From contig JAIBCE010000005.1 in assembly GCA_019694315.1 (NCBI GenBank), positions 3,487 to 67,486 on the forward strand: 64,000 bases of DNA. Reading direction: 5' to 3'. Made by a program: the position numbers and the translations under genes. The notes beneath the pieces are model-generated. The model ran no database searches. It had not been told where the DNA came from and saw only the letters and a program-made list of their open reading frames with translations. Below, one piece after another: positions 29,588 through 39,448 of this stretch; positions within the stretch are counted from its first letter, which is position 1; the number at the start of each line of letters is the position of its first letter. This DNA is from Sandaracinaceae bacterium. GTDB taxonomy: Bacteria > Myxococcota_A > Polyangia > Polyangiales > Sandaracinaceae.

Positions 29588-30193
29588 ATGCGCGAGCTCC
29601 CGGTCACCGACCTCACCTCGCTCGTGAACGGCAAGCGCGTGGACGCGACCGTGCTCGCGGGCCTGCGCGGCAGCGTCGGGTTCCGCAACCAGGTCACCGA
29701 CGTCGTGCAGCTCACTGCCATCTTCCGTCGGCACTGGGAGAGCGTGCGCGCGACGACGCCGGTCACGATCGACGACCTCGAGCGCGCCGAGACGCTCGCG
29801 ACGAAGCTCACGCAGCTGCTCGGGATGCGCGAGCAAGGCAGCCTCGAGGCGTCGGGCGTCGGCGAGATGCGCCAGCGCGCGTTCTCGAAGTTCGTCCACA
29901 CCTACGATCAGCTGCGCCGCGCGATGACCTTCCTCCGCTGGGACGAGGGCGACGTCGACTCCGTGATCCCCTCGCTCTGGGCCGGTCGCGGTGGCCGCGG
30001 CAAGCGCACCGAGGTCGAGGTCGCCAAGGACGAGACCAAGAGTGGCGAGACCAAGAGTGGCGAGACCAAGAGTGGCGAGACCAAGAGTGGCGAGACCAAG
30101 AAGGCAGAGCCCAAGAGTGGCGAGCCCAAGAGTGACGAGCCGCCGATGGACGACCTCCGGGGTCTTCCGCCGCCGTTCATCGAGGGGGTCTGA
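29588..30193 (+). CDS. hypothetical protein with C-terminal ETKSG pentapeptide repeats
   Basis: ATG at 29588 with AAGGAG 9 nt upstream. 201 aa, with a K/E-rich repetitive tail. Confidence 0.55.
   Translation: MRELPVTDLTSLVNGKRVDATVLAGLRGSVGFRNQVTDVVQLTAIFRRHWESVRATTPVTIDDLERAETLATKLTQLLGMREQGSLEASGVGEMRQRAFSKFVHTYDQLRRAMTFLRWDEGDVDSVIPSLWAGRGGRGKRTEVEVAKDETKSGETKSGETKSGETKSGETKKAEPKSGEPKSDEPPMDDLRGLPPPFIEGV
30032..30091 (+). repeat. perfect 15-nt tandem repeat x4 (GAGACCAAGAGTGGC), followed by degenerate copies to ~30140
   Basis: Read directly from the sequence. In frame; encodes (ETKSG)4 and then ETKKAEPKSGEPKSDEP. Confidence 0.9.
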
Positions 30194-30776
30194 TCATGCA
30201 TCGCGACCCTCGATCCCTGAGTACAGCGCCCCGCGAGTTCGTGACCAGCTCCGGGCCGGCGGGGCGCTGGACTCGATTGGGAGGGGGCCCCGACGAATTC
30301 ACTTCGGCGGGGGAGGGTCTGGGACAGACCCTCGGCAAGAAACGGCGAAGTACCTTCCCCAGAAGGCCGGTCACAGACTTCTGGGAAACGGTACTGAGCA
30401 CGCACGAGAGGCTCGGACGTGGGCTCTGTCGGCGCAGGAGCCGGCGAGAGTGCGGACGAAGGACCCGAAGGAGGCGAAACGGTCGGCCGTGGTGACCCGT
30501 GAAGGGTCTCGACGCCGCGCAGACTCGAGCGAGGGCTCAGGTGCCCACCTCCTCACGCTCGTCCGTCGTCGGGGTGATCCCCCGACCCTCGCGCCACCCC
30601 CGTGCCGCGAGCGGAGAGGGGTCGAGAGCGTCGAGAGCCCCTCGCGAGAGGAGTGGGCGGGCGTGCGCGGGGCTCCCCTCGTGCCCGCCAGGGGAGACGG
30701 TCCGGCCGACCGCGAGGACCGTGTGCTCGGTGACGGTGCTCGGTGCCCCACGCGTCTCTGAGCATCGCGCCGCGAG

Positions 30777-31265
30777 TCAGCCGATCGACACGATCACCTC
30801 GTCGCCCTCGTCGCGCGCCTCGCGGTAGAAGTCGGTCAGCTCGGCGACGAGCTCCGCGAGGTGATGGTGCTCGTCCTCGAGCATGTCCTCGTCCCCGCCG
30901 AACCCCTCCTCGCGCAGGAGCTGCTCCACGGCAGGGTCGATGTCCGGCGGGCGTCGGCCGTAGGCGCCGTGCACCTCGAGCGTCGCGAGCAGCGGCAGGC
31001 GAGCGCGGATCGTCGCCTCGTCGAGAGAGACGAGCGCCTCGGCGATCGCCTCGATGCGCGCACGCGACAGACACCGCGAGGGGCCGAAAGCGCCGTGGGG
31101 CTCGCACGCCCGACCGCCGCGACCCGTGACCGCGTCGCCGATCCCGCCGGGCACGCCGCGTCCTCCGGTGAGCAACACCTCGAGCGCGTCCCATGCCTTG
31201 TCGAGGCGAAGCCTCCGCGTCGAGCCGCGCGCGGGCCGTGCGATCAGCGTGCACCGAATGCCCAT
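30777..31265 (-). CDS. YfbM/DUF1877 family protein
   Basis: ATG at 31265, 162 aa. The N-terminal MGIRCTL..., internal LDKAWDALEVLLTG and C-terminal ...EVIVSIG resemble E. coli YfbM (LDIDKRWDFLHFGLTG ... LTVIVG). Confidence 0.55.
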   Translation of the reverse strand: MGIRCTLIARPARGSTRRLRLDKAWDALEVLLTGGRGVPGGIGDAVTGRGGRACEPHGAFGPSRCLSRARIEAIAEALVSLDEATIRARLPLLATLEVHGAYGRRPPDIDPAVEQLLREEGFGGDEDMLEDEHHHLAELVAELTDFYREARDEGDEVIVSIG

Positions 31266-31311
31266 GGTGTCTCCCAGGACCGAAAAGAACCGATTCCAGA
31301 GCTGTCGTCGA

Positions 31312-32400
<1,089 letters not shown>

Positions 32401-32468
32401 GGCGGCGATGGTACCCACAAAGCGCTCCGCCTCGTCATGCCTCCGTGGCGCTTCGTGTCCGACTTCAG

Positions 32469-34495
32469 CTCGCGTCTGATCTGCCCCTCGAGCCGCGCTC
32501 GGATCCGCAGAGCGCGACGACCCCGTGCCTCACGGACGCACCGTCGAAGGCGCGAGCCAGTCCGTTCCTGCCCTCGGATCCGCAGAGCGCGACGACCCCG
32601 TGCCTCACGGACGCACCGTCGAAGGCGCGAGCCAGTCTCTCCCTGCTTCCGTCGAACAGGAACATGGAGGCACGCGCCGCGATGGAGGCTCGCGTGAGCC
32701 TCTGCATCCTCGCGTCTGATCCGAATCTCGGATCCGCAGAGCGCGACGACCCCGTGCCTCGCGGGACGCACCGTCGAAGGCGCGAGCCAGTCCGTTCCTG
32801 CTCCCATCGAACAGGAACCTGGAGGCACGCGCCGCGGCGGGGGCTCGCGTGAGCCTCGGCATCGTCGCGTCTGATCCGAATCTCGGATCCGCAGAGCGCG
32901 ACGACCCCGTGCCTCGCGGGACGCATCCTCAAAGGCGCGAGCCAGTCCGTTCTTGCTCCACATCGAACAGGAACATGGAGGTACGCGCCGCGACGGAGGC
33001 TCGCGTGAGCCTCGGCATGCTCGCGTCTGATCTGCTCCTCGATCGGCCCTCGGATCCGCAGAGCGCGACCACCCCGTGCCTCACGGACGCACCGTCGAGG
33101 GCGCGAGCCAGTCCGTTCCTGCTCCCATCGAACAGGAACCTGGAGGTACGCGCCGCGGCGGGGGCTCGCGTGAGCCTCGGCATGCTCGCGTCTGATCTGC
33201 TCCTCGATCCGCAGAGCGCGACCACCCCGTGCCTCACGGACGCACCGTCGGAGGCGCGAGCCAGTCCCTCCCTGCTTCCATCGAACAGGAACATGGAGGT
33301 ACGCACCGCGACGGGGCTCGCGTGAGCCTCTGCATCGTCGCGTCTGCTCGGACTCTCGATCCGCAGAGCGCGACGACCCCGTGCCTCACGGACGCACCGT
33401 CCAAGGCGCGAGCCAGTCCGCTCCTGCTCCCATCGAACAGGAACCTGGAGGTACGCGCCGCGACGGAGGCTCGCGTGAGCCTCGGCATGCTCGCGTCTGA
33501 TCTGCCCCCCGATCCGCCCTCGGATCCGCAGAGCGCGACCACCCCGTGCCTCACGGAGGCACCGTCGAGGGCGCGAGCCAGTCCCTCCCTGCTTCCATCG
33601 AACAGGAACCTGGAGGTACGCGCCGCGATGGAGGCTCGCGTGAGCCTCTGCATCCTCGCGTCTGATCTGCCCCCCGATCCGCCCTCGGATCCGCAGAGCG
33701 CGACGACCCCGTGCCTCACGGACGCACCGTCGGAGGCGCGAGCCAGTCCCTCCCTGCTTCCATCGAACAGGAACATGGAGGTACGCACCGCGACGGGGCT
33801 CGCGTGAGCCTCTGCATCGTCGCGTCTGCTCGGACTCTCGATCCGCAGAGCGCGACCACCCCGTGCCTCACGGACGCACCGTCGAGGGCGCGAGCCAGTC
33901 CGTTCTTGCTCCACATCGAACAGGAACCTGGAGGTACGCGCCGCGGCGGGGGCTCGCGTGAGCCTCGGCATCCTCGCGTCTGATCTGCCCCCCGATCCGC
34001 CCTCGGATCCGCAGAGCGCGACGACCCCGTGCCTCACGGACGCACCGTCGAGGGCGCGAGCCAGTCCGTTCTTGCTCCACATCGAACAGGAACATGGAGG
34101 CACGCGCCGCGATGGAGGCTCGCGTGAGCCTCGGCATGCTCGCGTCTGATCTGCTCCTCGATCGGCCCTCGGATCCGCAGAGCGCGACGACCCCGTGCCT
34201 CACGGACGCACCGTCGAGGGCGCGAGCCAGTCCGTTCTTGCTCCAGATCGAGCGACAAGATGGAGGTACGCGCCGCGGCGGGGGCTCGCGTGAGCCTCGG
34301 CATGCTCGCGTCTGATCTGCTCCTCGATCGGCCCTCGGATCCGCAGAGCGCGACGACCCCGTGCCTCACGGACGCACCGTCGAGGGCGCGAGCCAGTCCG
34401 TTCCTGCTTCCATCGAACAGGAACCTGGAGGCACGCGCCGCGACGGAGGCTCGCGTGAGCCTCGGCATCCTCGCGTCTGATCTGCCCCCCGGCAT
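32469..34495 (+). repeat. head-to-tail tandem array: 12 full units (152-167 nt) plus one 75-nt truncated unit of a hairpin-rich, apparently non-coding sequence
   Basis: The core GATCCGCAGAGCGCGAC starts at 32502, 32577, 32731, 32886, 33053, 33206, 33358, 33523, 33688, 33840, 34006, 34172 and 34338. Each full unit carries three or more conserved stem-loops. The strand is suggested by G-U-compatible substitutions only. Confidence 0.95.
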
Positions 34496-34544
34496 GGCCT
34501 CAGGTGTCGCTTGCCGCAGCCCAGCGCGCGGCGAAGATCCGCGC

Positions 34545-35117
34545 ATGGCCGACGCGCCCACCTACCGTGCCTTCGAGGATCGCGCCGCGCTCGATCGCTG
34601 GCTCGCGCGACACCACGCGAGCGAGACCGAGCTCTGGGTGCGCGTGTTCAAGAAGGGCGCGGGGACGCCCTCGGTCACGTGGGAAGACCTCGTCCTCGCG
34701 GGCCTCACGTGGGGCTGGATCGACAGCCAGAAGCGCTCGCTCGACGAGGTGTCGTTCCTCCAGCGCATGACGCCGCGACGGCCCAGATCGATCTGGTCGA
34801 AGAAGAACTGCGAGCACGCCGAGCGCCTGATCGCCGAGGGCCGGATGAAGCCGCCCGGCCTCGCGCACGTGGAGGCCGCGAAGAAGGACGGCCGCTGGGA
34901 GCAGGCCTACGCGGGCGCGAGCCAGATGGTGATCCCCGACGACTTCCTCGCGGCCCTCGCGAAGAGCCCGAAGGCGAAGGCCTTCTACGCGACCCTCGAT
35001 CGCACGAACCTCTACGCGATCTACCACCGGCTCCACACCGCGAAGAAGCCCGAGACCCGCGCGGCCCGCATCGAGCGCATCGTCGCCCAGCTCGCCCGCA
35101 GCGAGCGCTTCCACTGA
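34545..35117 (+). CDS. YdeI/OmpD-associated (DUF1801-like) family protein
   Basis: ATG at 34545, 190 aa. Pattern ...ELWVRVFKKGAGTPSVTWEDLVLAGLTWGWIDSQKRSLDE...FYATLDRTNLYAIYHRLHTAKKPETRAARIERIV is typical of this family. Confidence 0.6.
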   Translation: MADAPTYRAFEDRAALDRWLARHHASETELWVRVFKKGAGTPSVTWEDLVLAGLTWGWIDSQKRSLDEVSFLQRMTPRRPRSIWSKKNCEHAERLIAEGRMKPPGLAHVEAAKKDGRWEQAYAGASQMVIPDDFLAALAKSPKAKAFYATLDRTNLYAIYHRLHTAKKPETRAARIERIVAQLARSERFH

Positions 35118-35713
35118 CCCAGCTCGCTGGGGCGCAGAGACTCAGCATTTCCCGCGCCTCCGGCGCTCGAGGCGGGGGCCCGACCCCCGCACCCCCATCG
35201 CTCGTCGTCGCTTCGCTCCTCCAGCGCTCGCGCCTCAAGGGGGAGCTTCGCTCCCCCGCCGGCCGGCTCCCCCATCAGATCAGAGCGTCGTCTTGGATTG
35301 TTTCTCGCTCTCTCAGTTTCTGCGCGGCGCAGGCGCCGCGCGTCGGGGGCTTCACCCCCGAACCCCGTACGACCATTCGATCCCGAGAAACGATTGTTTC
35401 TCGGTCTCTCAGTGTTTCTCGCGCCTTCGGCGCGGCAGGGGGGAGCAACTCCCCCCAATCCCCCACTCGACGCTCCCCAAGCCTCGCTTTCTCGCGCGCT
35501 CCTGGGGTTGCTGCGCAACCCCGCCGCGTGGCGTCCCCAACGGCGATTTTTTCTCCATCTCTCAGAGACCGAGAGACAATCGACTCGAGAGCCGAAGGGC
35601 CGCGGGGGCGGGGGGTCCAGGGCGAGTTACGCAGGCCGAAGGCCGAGTATGTCTGAGCATCGGACCCCCTCCCCCGCGGCCCGATTCGAAGTCGGAGATT
35701 TCGTCTCCATCTC
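35118..35713. repeat. cluster of GC-hairpin intergenic repeat elements (dispersed family)
   Basis: Hairpins GGGGGAGC-TTC-GCTCCCCC, CCGAGAAAC-GATT-GTTTCTCGG, GGGGGGAG-CAA-CTCCCCCC and GGGGTTGC-TGC-GCAACCCC. Recurring GTTTCTCG.TCTCTCAG motif. 35350-35412 is repeated in inverted orientation at 42185-42247. Confidence 0.65.
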
Positions 35714-37651
35714 TCAGAACAGGATGTTGATCGGCTCGAGGTTCAGGCCTGCGGGGGTCGCGTAGCTGGTGAAGCTGCCGAGGCCGTACGCGATGATCCC
35801 GAAGCCATCCTCGGCCGTCATCGAGTGCGTGCCGCCAGCGAGCGGCACCACGCCCACCTCGCTCGGACCGATCGTCGTGAACGGCACCGACACCGGTGTT
35901 CCGTCGACGAGGACCGTGAGGCCCGGCGGGCGCGTGACCAGCACGAAATTCTGCCCGTTCGTGCCGGGGTTGTACGAGGTCGGCAGGATGAACGTGTAGT
36001 CCTGACGGAACTGCTCGGAGGGCACGAGCAGCGTCATGCCCGGATCGCCGCGTGCCGCCTCGGGCGTGGAGGCGAACTGCCCGCGGAGATACTGCGCGAC
36101 CATCACGCCGTGGCTGGCCGTGACGTGGAAGGGTCGCGACGCCTCGAACTCGATGTACTGGCCCGCGGCGAGCGTGCCGCTGCCGCCGGCCCCCTCGATC
36201 GTCACCTCGGTGTCGCTCACGCCCGCGATCACGCGAACCACGTTGTCCGCCATGATCGAGCCATCACCCATGGGCGCGCCCACGTACTCGCGGCCCAGCG
36301 TCTCGATCGGAGGCATCTGCTCCTCGATGTGATCGCAGGCCTGCGCGTAGTACGGGACATACGCGCACGTATGTCCGCCGAACACCGCGACCGCCTGGTC
36401 CGCGGTGATGCGCGTGCCGGTGAGGTCGTAGTCGGTCTCGTTGCAGCCGAAGCGCCCGCCGTCGCTCATGGTCACCTCGCGGTAGCCAGGACGACCCGAG
36501 GCACAGTCGGGAGGCACGTCGGCGAGCACGTGCGCGACCTCCCCCTGCTGGAGGGTGATCACGAACGAGCGTCCACGCGCGGTGCGCGGCACGCGGCCAT
36601 CGCTCGAGGCCGCGATGTTCGCGGTCGTCGAGATCTGCACGGTGGTGGTGCCCGGCGCGATGCCGACGATCGCGACGTAGCCAGGCTGCGCGAACGGATC
36701 CGACGTGCTGCCGCCGAACGGATCGGCCGACACGTCTGCGATCGAGAGAGGCACGTAGGCCGCCGCCACGTAGCGCCCCGTCAGCACGTGCGCCGGCAGG
36801 AGCAGCGAGGCGTCGTTGGTGTAGGAGAACGTGCCGCCGTTCTCGTACTCGAACGGGTTGAACTGGCTCACGATCACCGGCACGTCCGAGAGCAGGCGAT
36901 ACGCGCCGCTCTGGATGAAGCTCGACCAGCCCGCGCTGGGCACGCCGAACGACTGCCCGTCGACCCACGGCAGCACCACGTCGCGGATGCCCTGCGCATC
37001 GACGGTGCCGCTCCACGTCATGGTCGTGCCGCGCATCACGCGCACGTTCGCGGCCACCGCGTTCGGGTTGGCGATCACGACGCGGAAGTCGAACGTCGTG
37101 GGGCTCAGCTCCTGCGTGTTCGCGAGCGGCACGGGCCAGTACTCGCAGCCCACGTTCGAGCTCGTGCGCTCCGCGTCGGCGCACATGTCCGCGCAGTAGC
37201 CGTCGCCACCACACTCGACCGACCAGTCGCCACAGTCGCGCCCGTAGTTGTAGCCGCTGCCGTCGGCGTTGCAGACCTCCGACACGGTGCCGTTGCAGCG
37301 TCGCTCTCCCGGTCGACACGTGACGCAGCCGAGGCGCGTGTCGCACTGCTCGGGGCAGACGCTCTCGTTCGTGCGCGTCTGGCCGTCGGCGCCGCACACG
37401 TAGAGCGTCGTGCCGTAGCAGCCTTGTTGGCCCGGCGTGCAGCGGAACGTGAAGGGCGCATCCACGCCGATCGGCGTGCCAGTGTCGATGCCGGGCTCGC
37501 CGCCACCATCGGGTCGCGTCACGCGTCGCTCTCCGCAGCCGACACCCGCCATGAGCGTGAGCAGGGCGAGCGAGAGCGCGAGGACGTAGGCCGGGCTGGT
37601 CTCGAGACGTGCACCGCGGCCGAGAGACGAGGGGGAGAAGCGAGTCGCCAT
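35714..37651 (-). CDS. lipoprotein with Cys-rich N-terminus and IgGFc-binding-protein-N-terminal-like beta-helix domain (tentative)
   Basis: ATG at 37651. Lipobox LMAGVGC. 645 aa. Segments such as GCEYWPVPLAN...FRVVIANPN...ANVRV resemble PF17517-type proteins (assigned from memory). Confidence 0.45.
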   Translation of the reverse strand: MATRFSPSSLGRGARLETSPAYVLALSLALLTLMAGVGCGERRVTRPDGGGEPGIDTGTPIGVDAPFTFRCTPGQQGCYGTTLYVCGADGQTRTNESVCPEQCDTRLGCVTCRPGERRCNGTVSEVCNADGSGYNYGRDCGDWSVECGGDGYCADMCADAERTSSNVGCEYWPVPLANTQELSPTTFDFRVVIANPNAVAANVRVMRGTTMTWSGTVDAQGIRDVVLPWVDGQSFGVPSAGWSSFIQSGAYRLLSDVPVIVSQFNPFEYENGGTFSYTNDASLLLPAHVLTGRYVAAAYVPLSIADVSADPFGGSTSDPFAQPGYVAIVGIAPGTTTVQISTTANIAASSDGRVPRTARGRSFVITLQQGEVAHVLADVPPDCASGRPGYREVTMSDGGRFGCNETDYDLTGTRITADQAVAVFGGHTCAYVPYYAQACDHIEEQMPPIETLGREYVGAPMGDGSIMADNVVRVIAGVSDTEVTIEGAGGSGTLAAGQYIEFEASRPFHVTASHGVMVAQYLRGQFASTPEAARGDPGMTLLVPSEQFRQDYTFILPTSYNPGTNGQNFVLVTRPPGLTVLVDGTPVSVPFTTIGPSEVGVVPLAGGTHSMTAEDGFGIIAYGLGSFTSYATPAGLNLEPINILF

Positions 37652-37729
37652 GACGCCATCGTACGGCAAGGCTCGGGCGATCACGAAAGCTCGCGAGAGG
37701 CACGCGGTTTTCTCGTATCCTCTCGCGCC

Positions 37730-38386
37730 GTGAACGACGCCCGTCTCGCACGCCTCCACGCGATCGTCGCGACCGTGCCGCTGGCGGCCTGGGCGGTGTT
37801 CCACGTGTGGGAGCAGTGGGCGGCGTTCCGCGGGCGGCTCGCGTGGCTCGTCCGCATGCACAGCACCTCGTCGGGCCCCGCCGTGGCCGCCGAGCTGCTC
37901 GTGGGCGTCGCGCCGCTCCTCGCGCGGGCGGCGCTCCACGTCGGCGCGCTCGTGCGGCGCGAGCGCCTGCCGGGCATGGCCCGCGAGGGCGACACGGCGC
38001 TCGGCGTGGGGCTCGGCTTCCTCGCGCCGTGGGCGAGCAGCGTCGCGATCCTCTTCCTCCTCTGGCACGTCGCGTGGCTCTGGGGCGCGAAGGTGATGGG
38101 CGCCGACTCGGTCGAGCTCTACGACGCGATGCAGCGCACGCTGGGGCTGCCGTGGGCGCTCGTGCTCCACGCCGTGGGGCTCGGGGCGATCGCGTGGCAC
38201 CTCGCGGCGGCGCTGCCCGACGGGCTCGAGGCCGTGGGCCTCGTGACGGGACCGGAGTCGCGCAGCTCCGCGCGCACGGTGACGCTCGCGATCGGCCTCT
38301 GCCTCTTCGTGCTCACCGCGCAGCTCGTCGGCTGGCTGGGCACGGGCACAGGCACCTTCTGGCCCATCCAGGTCGTCGGGCAGTGA
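37730..38386 (+). CDS. membrane protein, succinate dehydrogenase/fumarate reductase cytochrome b-like (tentative)
   Basis: GTG at 37730. 218 aa with 4-5 TM segments carrying conserved-looking His residues. No adjacent sdhAB. Confidence 0.35.
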   Translation: MNDARLARLHAIVATVPLAAWAVFHVWEQWAAFRGRLAWLVRMHSTSSGPAVAAELLVGVAPLLARAALHVGALVRRERLPGMAREGDTALGVGLGFLAPWASSVAILFLLWHVAWLWGAKVMGADSVELYDAMQRTLGLPWALVLHAVGLGAIAWHLAAALPDGLEAVGLVTGPESRSSARTVTLAIGLCLFVLTAQLVGWLGTGTGTFWPIQVVGQ

Positions 38387-38550
38387 GCCCACGCCGCGCC
38401 GTCGCGCGCGTCGGCGAGGAGGCGCCCCGGTCACGGACCGAGAAACCCTCGAAATCCGGGGCAATTCCGTCGTTTTGACATCCAGGGGCGGCCCTCGTAG
38501 CTTTCCGCGCTTTTTCCGCCCCCAACGCCGCGTCTCGAGGACCTCGATCC

Positions 38551-39444
38551 ATGGCCAAAGCCGCCGCCGCCTCCGCCCCGCTCCCCGTCGTGGAGGAGCT
38601 GCACTTCAAGAGCGAGAGCGCCTACCTCTGTCTCCTGGTGAACCGACGCATCGGGCTCATCCGCGTGATCGACTTCCGCTCGGGGGCACTGCCCGCCAAG
38701 CGCCTGTTCATCCAGAACGTCGCGAAGCGCGAGAGCATCGAGAAGGTGATCCTCCTCGTCGAGAAGGACGAGGTCTCGAGCTGGACCCGCGTCGGCTTCG
38801 TGCGCGAGGGGACGATCCCTGGCTTCTACAAGCGCTCGGATGGCCACCTCGTCGGCTGCGTGATCGGCGATCGCACGGCCTCGATCGAGGTGAACGACGA
38901 GGGGCAGAAGCTCGCCGAGCGCACGGTGAACGCCGCGAAGAAGAACGCGCGCGAGGTGCCCGAGGTGCTCACGAACGTCACCGTCGAGATCGCCGACGAG
39001 CAGGACGCGCTCGAGGCGCGCGACGTCGCGTGGAAGAAGCCGGCCGGCACGCTCTCGGGCTTCGACGCCTTCGGCCGTGAGGCCGAGCGCTGCTTCTACG
39101 CCGCCACGGCGAAGAAGGGCCGCACGGTCTGGATCTCCGCGGAGTACCAGGACTGCTTCGGTCACGCGCTCGTCGAGACGCTGCGCTCGCCGGCCGACGA
39201 CCTCGACGTCATCGGGCTCACCGGCGGCTTGCGCACGATGTGCGACGACCTCAAGGAGCGCGGCATCGTGAGCGCGTTCACGTTCGCGCCGTCGGACGAC
39301 ATCGGCCTCGCCACCGCGTACGTGGCCGCGGGGTTCCGCAAGACCGGCGTGCTCGCGCGGGGCGCGCAGAACAACGGCGAGCGTCGCGACGCGATCCTCT
39401 GGACGCGCAAGCTCGCGAACCCCGGCGGCGAAGAGCAGGAGTGA
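38551..39444 (+). CDS. GNAT-like acetyltransferase fold protein (tentative, two halves)
   Basis: ATG at 38551, 297 aa. Segments ...KVILLVEKDEVSSWTRVGFVREGTIPGFY and ...ATAYVAAGFRKTGVL resemble GNAT beta4-alpha3 and C-terminal motifs. Confidence 0.45.
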   Translation: MAKAAAASAPLPVVEELHFKSESAYLCLLVNRRIGLIRVIDFRSGALPAKRLFIQNVAKRESIEKVILLVEKDEVSSWTRVGFVREGTIPGFYKRSDGHLVGCVIGDRTASIEVNDEGQKLAERTVNAAKKNAREVPEVLTNVTVEIADEQDALEARDVAWKKPAGTLSGFDAFGREAERCFYAATAKKGRTVWISAEYQDCFGHALVETLRSPADDLDVIGLTGGLRTMCDDLKERGIVSAFTFAPSDDIGLATAYVAAGFRKTGVLARGAQNNGERRDAILWTRKLANPGGEEQE

Positions 39445-39448
39445 TCGA

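Noticed and set aside
16507-30776. Integrative mobile element (genomic island with integrase and att sites)
   Set aside because: I could recognise no integrase, transposase, tRNA target or terminal direct repeats. Only the compositional and functional arguments for an island remain.
32501-32575. tRNA-like gene (75-nt truncated unit with stems)
   Set aside because: There is no acceptor/T-arm geometry, the candidate T-like loop is 11 nt, there is no GTTCGAATC-type box, and the segment is simply the first half of the longer repeat unit.
32469-34495. CRISPR array
   Set aside because: The entire ~160 nt period is conserved. There are no unique spacers between short repeats, the only variable part is an 8-19 nt linker that itself comes in three recurring forms, and no cas genes are nearby.
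32445-34561. Repeat-protein genes suggested by the many 60-290 aa ORFs on both strands (for example 33234..34103 minus, 33229..33807 plus)
   Set aside because: The ORFs are open in several frames on both strands simply because the unit lacks stop codons. Unit lengths differ by non-multiples of 3, so no frame persists. The translations are low-complexity S/P/A/R strings with no conserved start.
35118-35713. Small protein genes in the repeat cluster (track ORFs 35021..35518 minus, 35293..35730 plus, 35298..35765 plus)
   Set aside because: The region consists of back-to-back GC hairpins shared with other intergenic regions, and the ORFs are frame-independent by-products.
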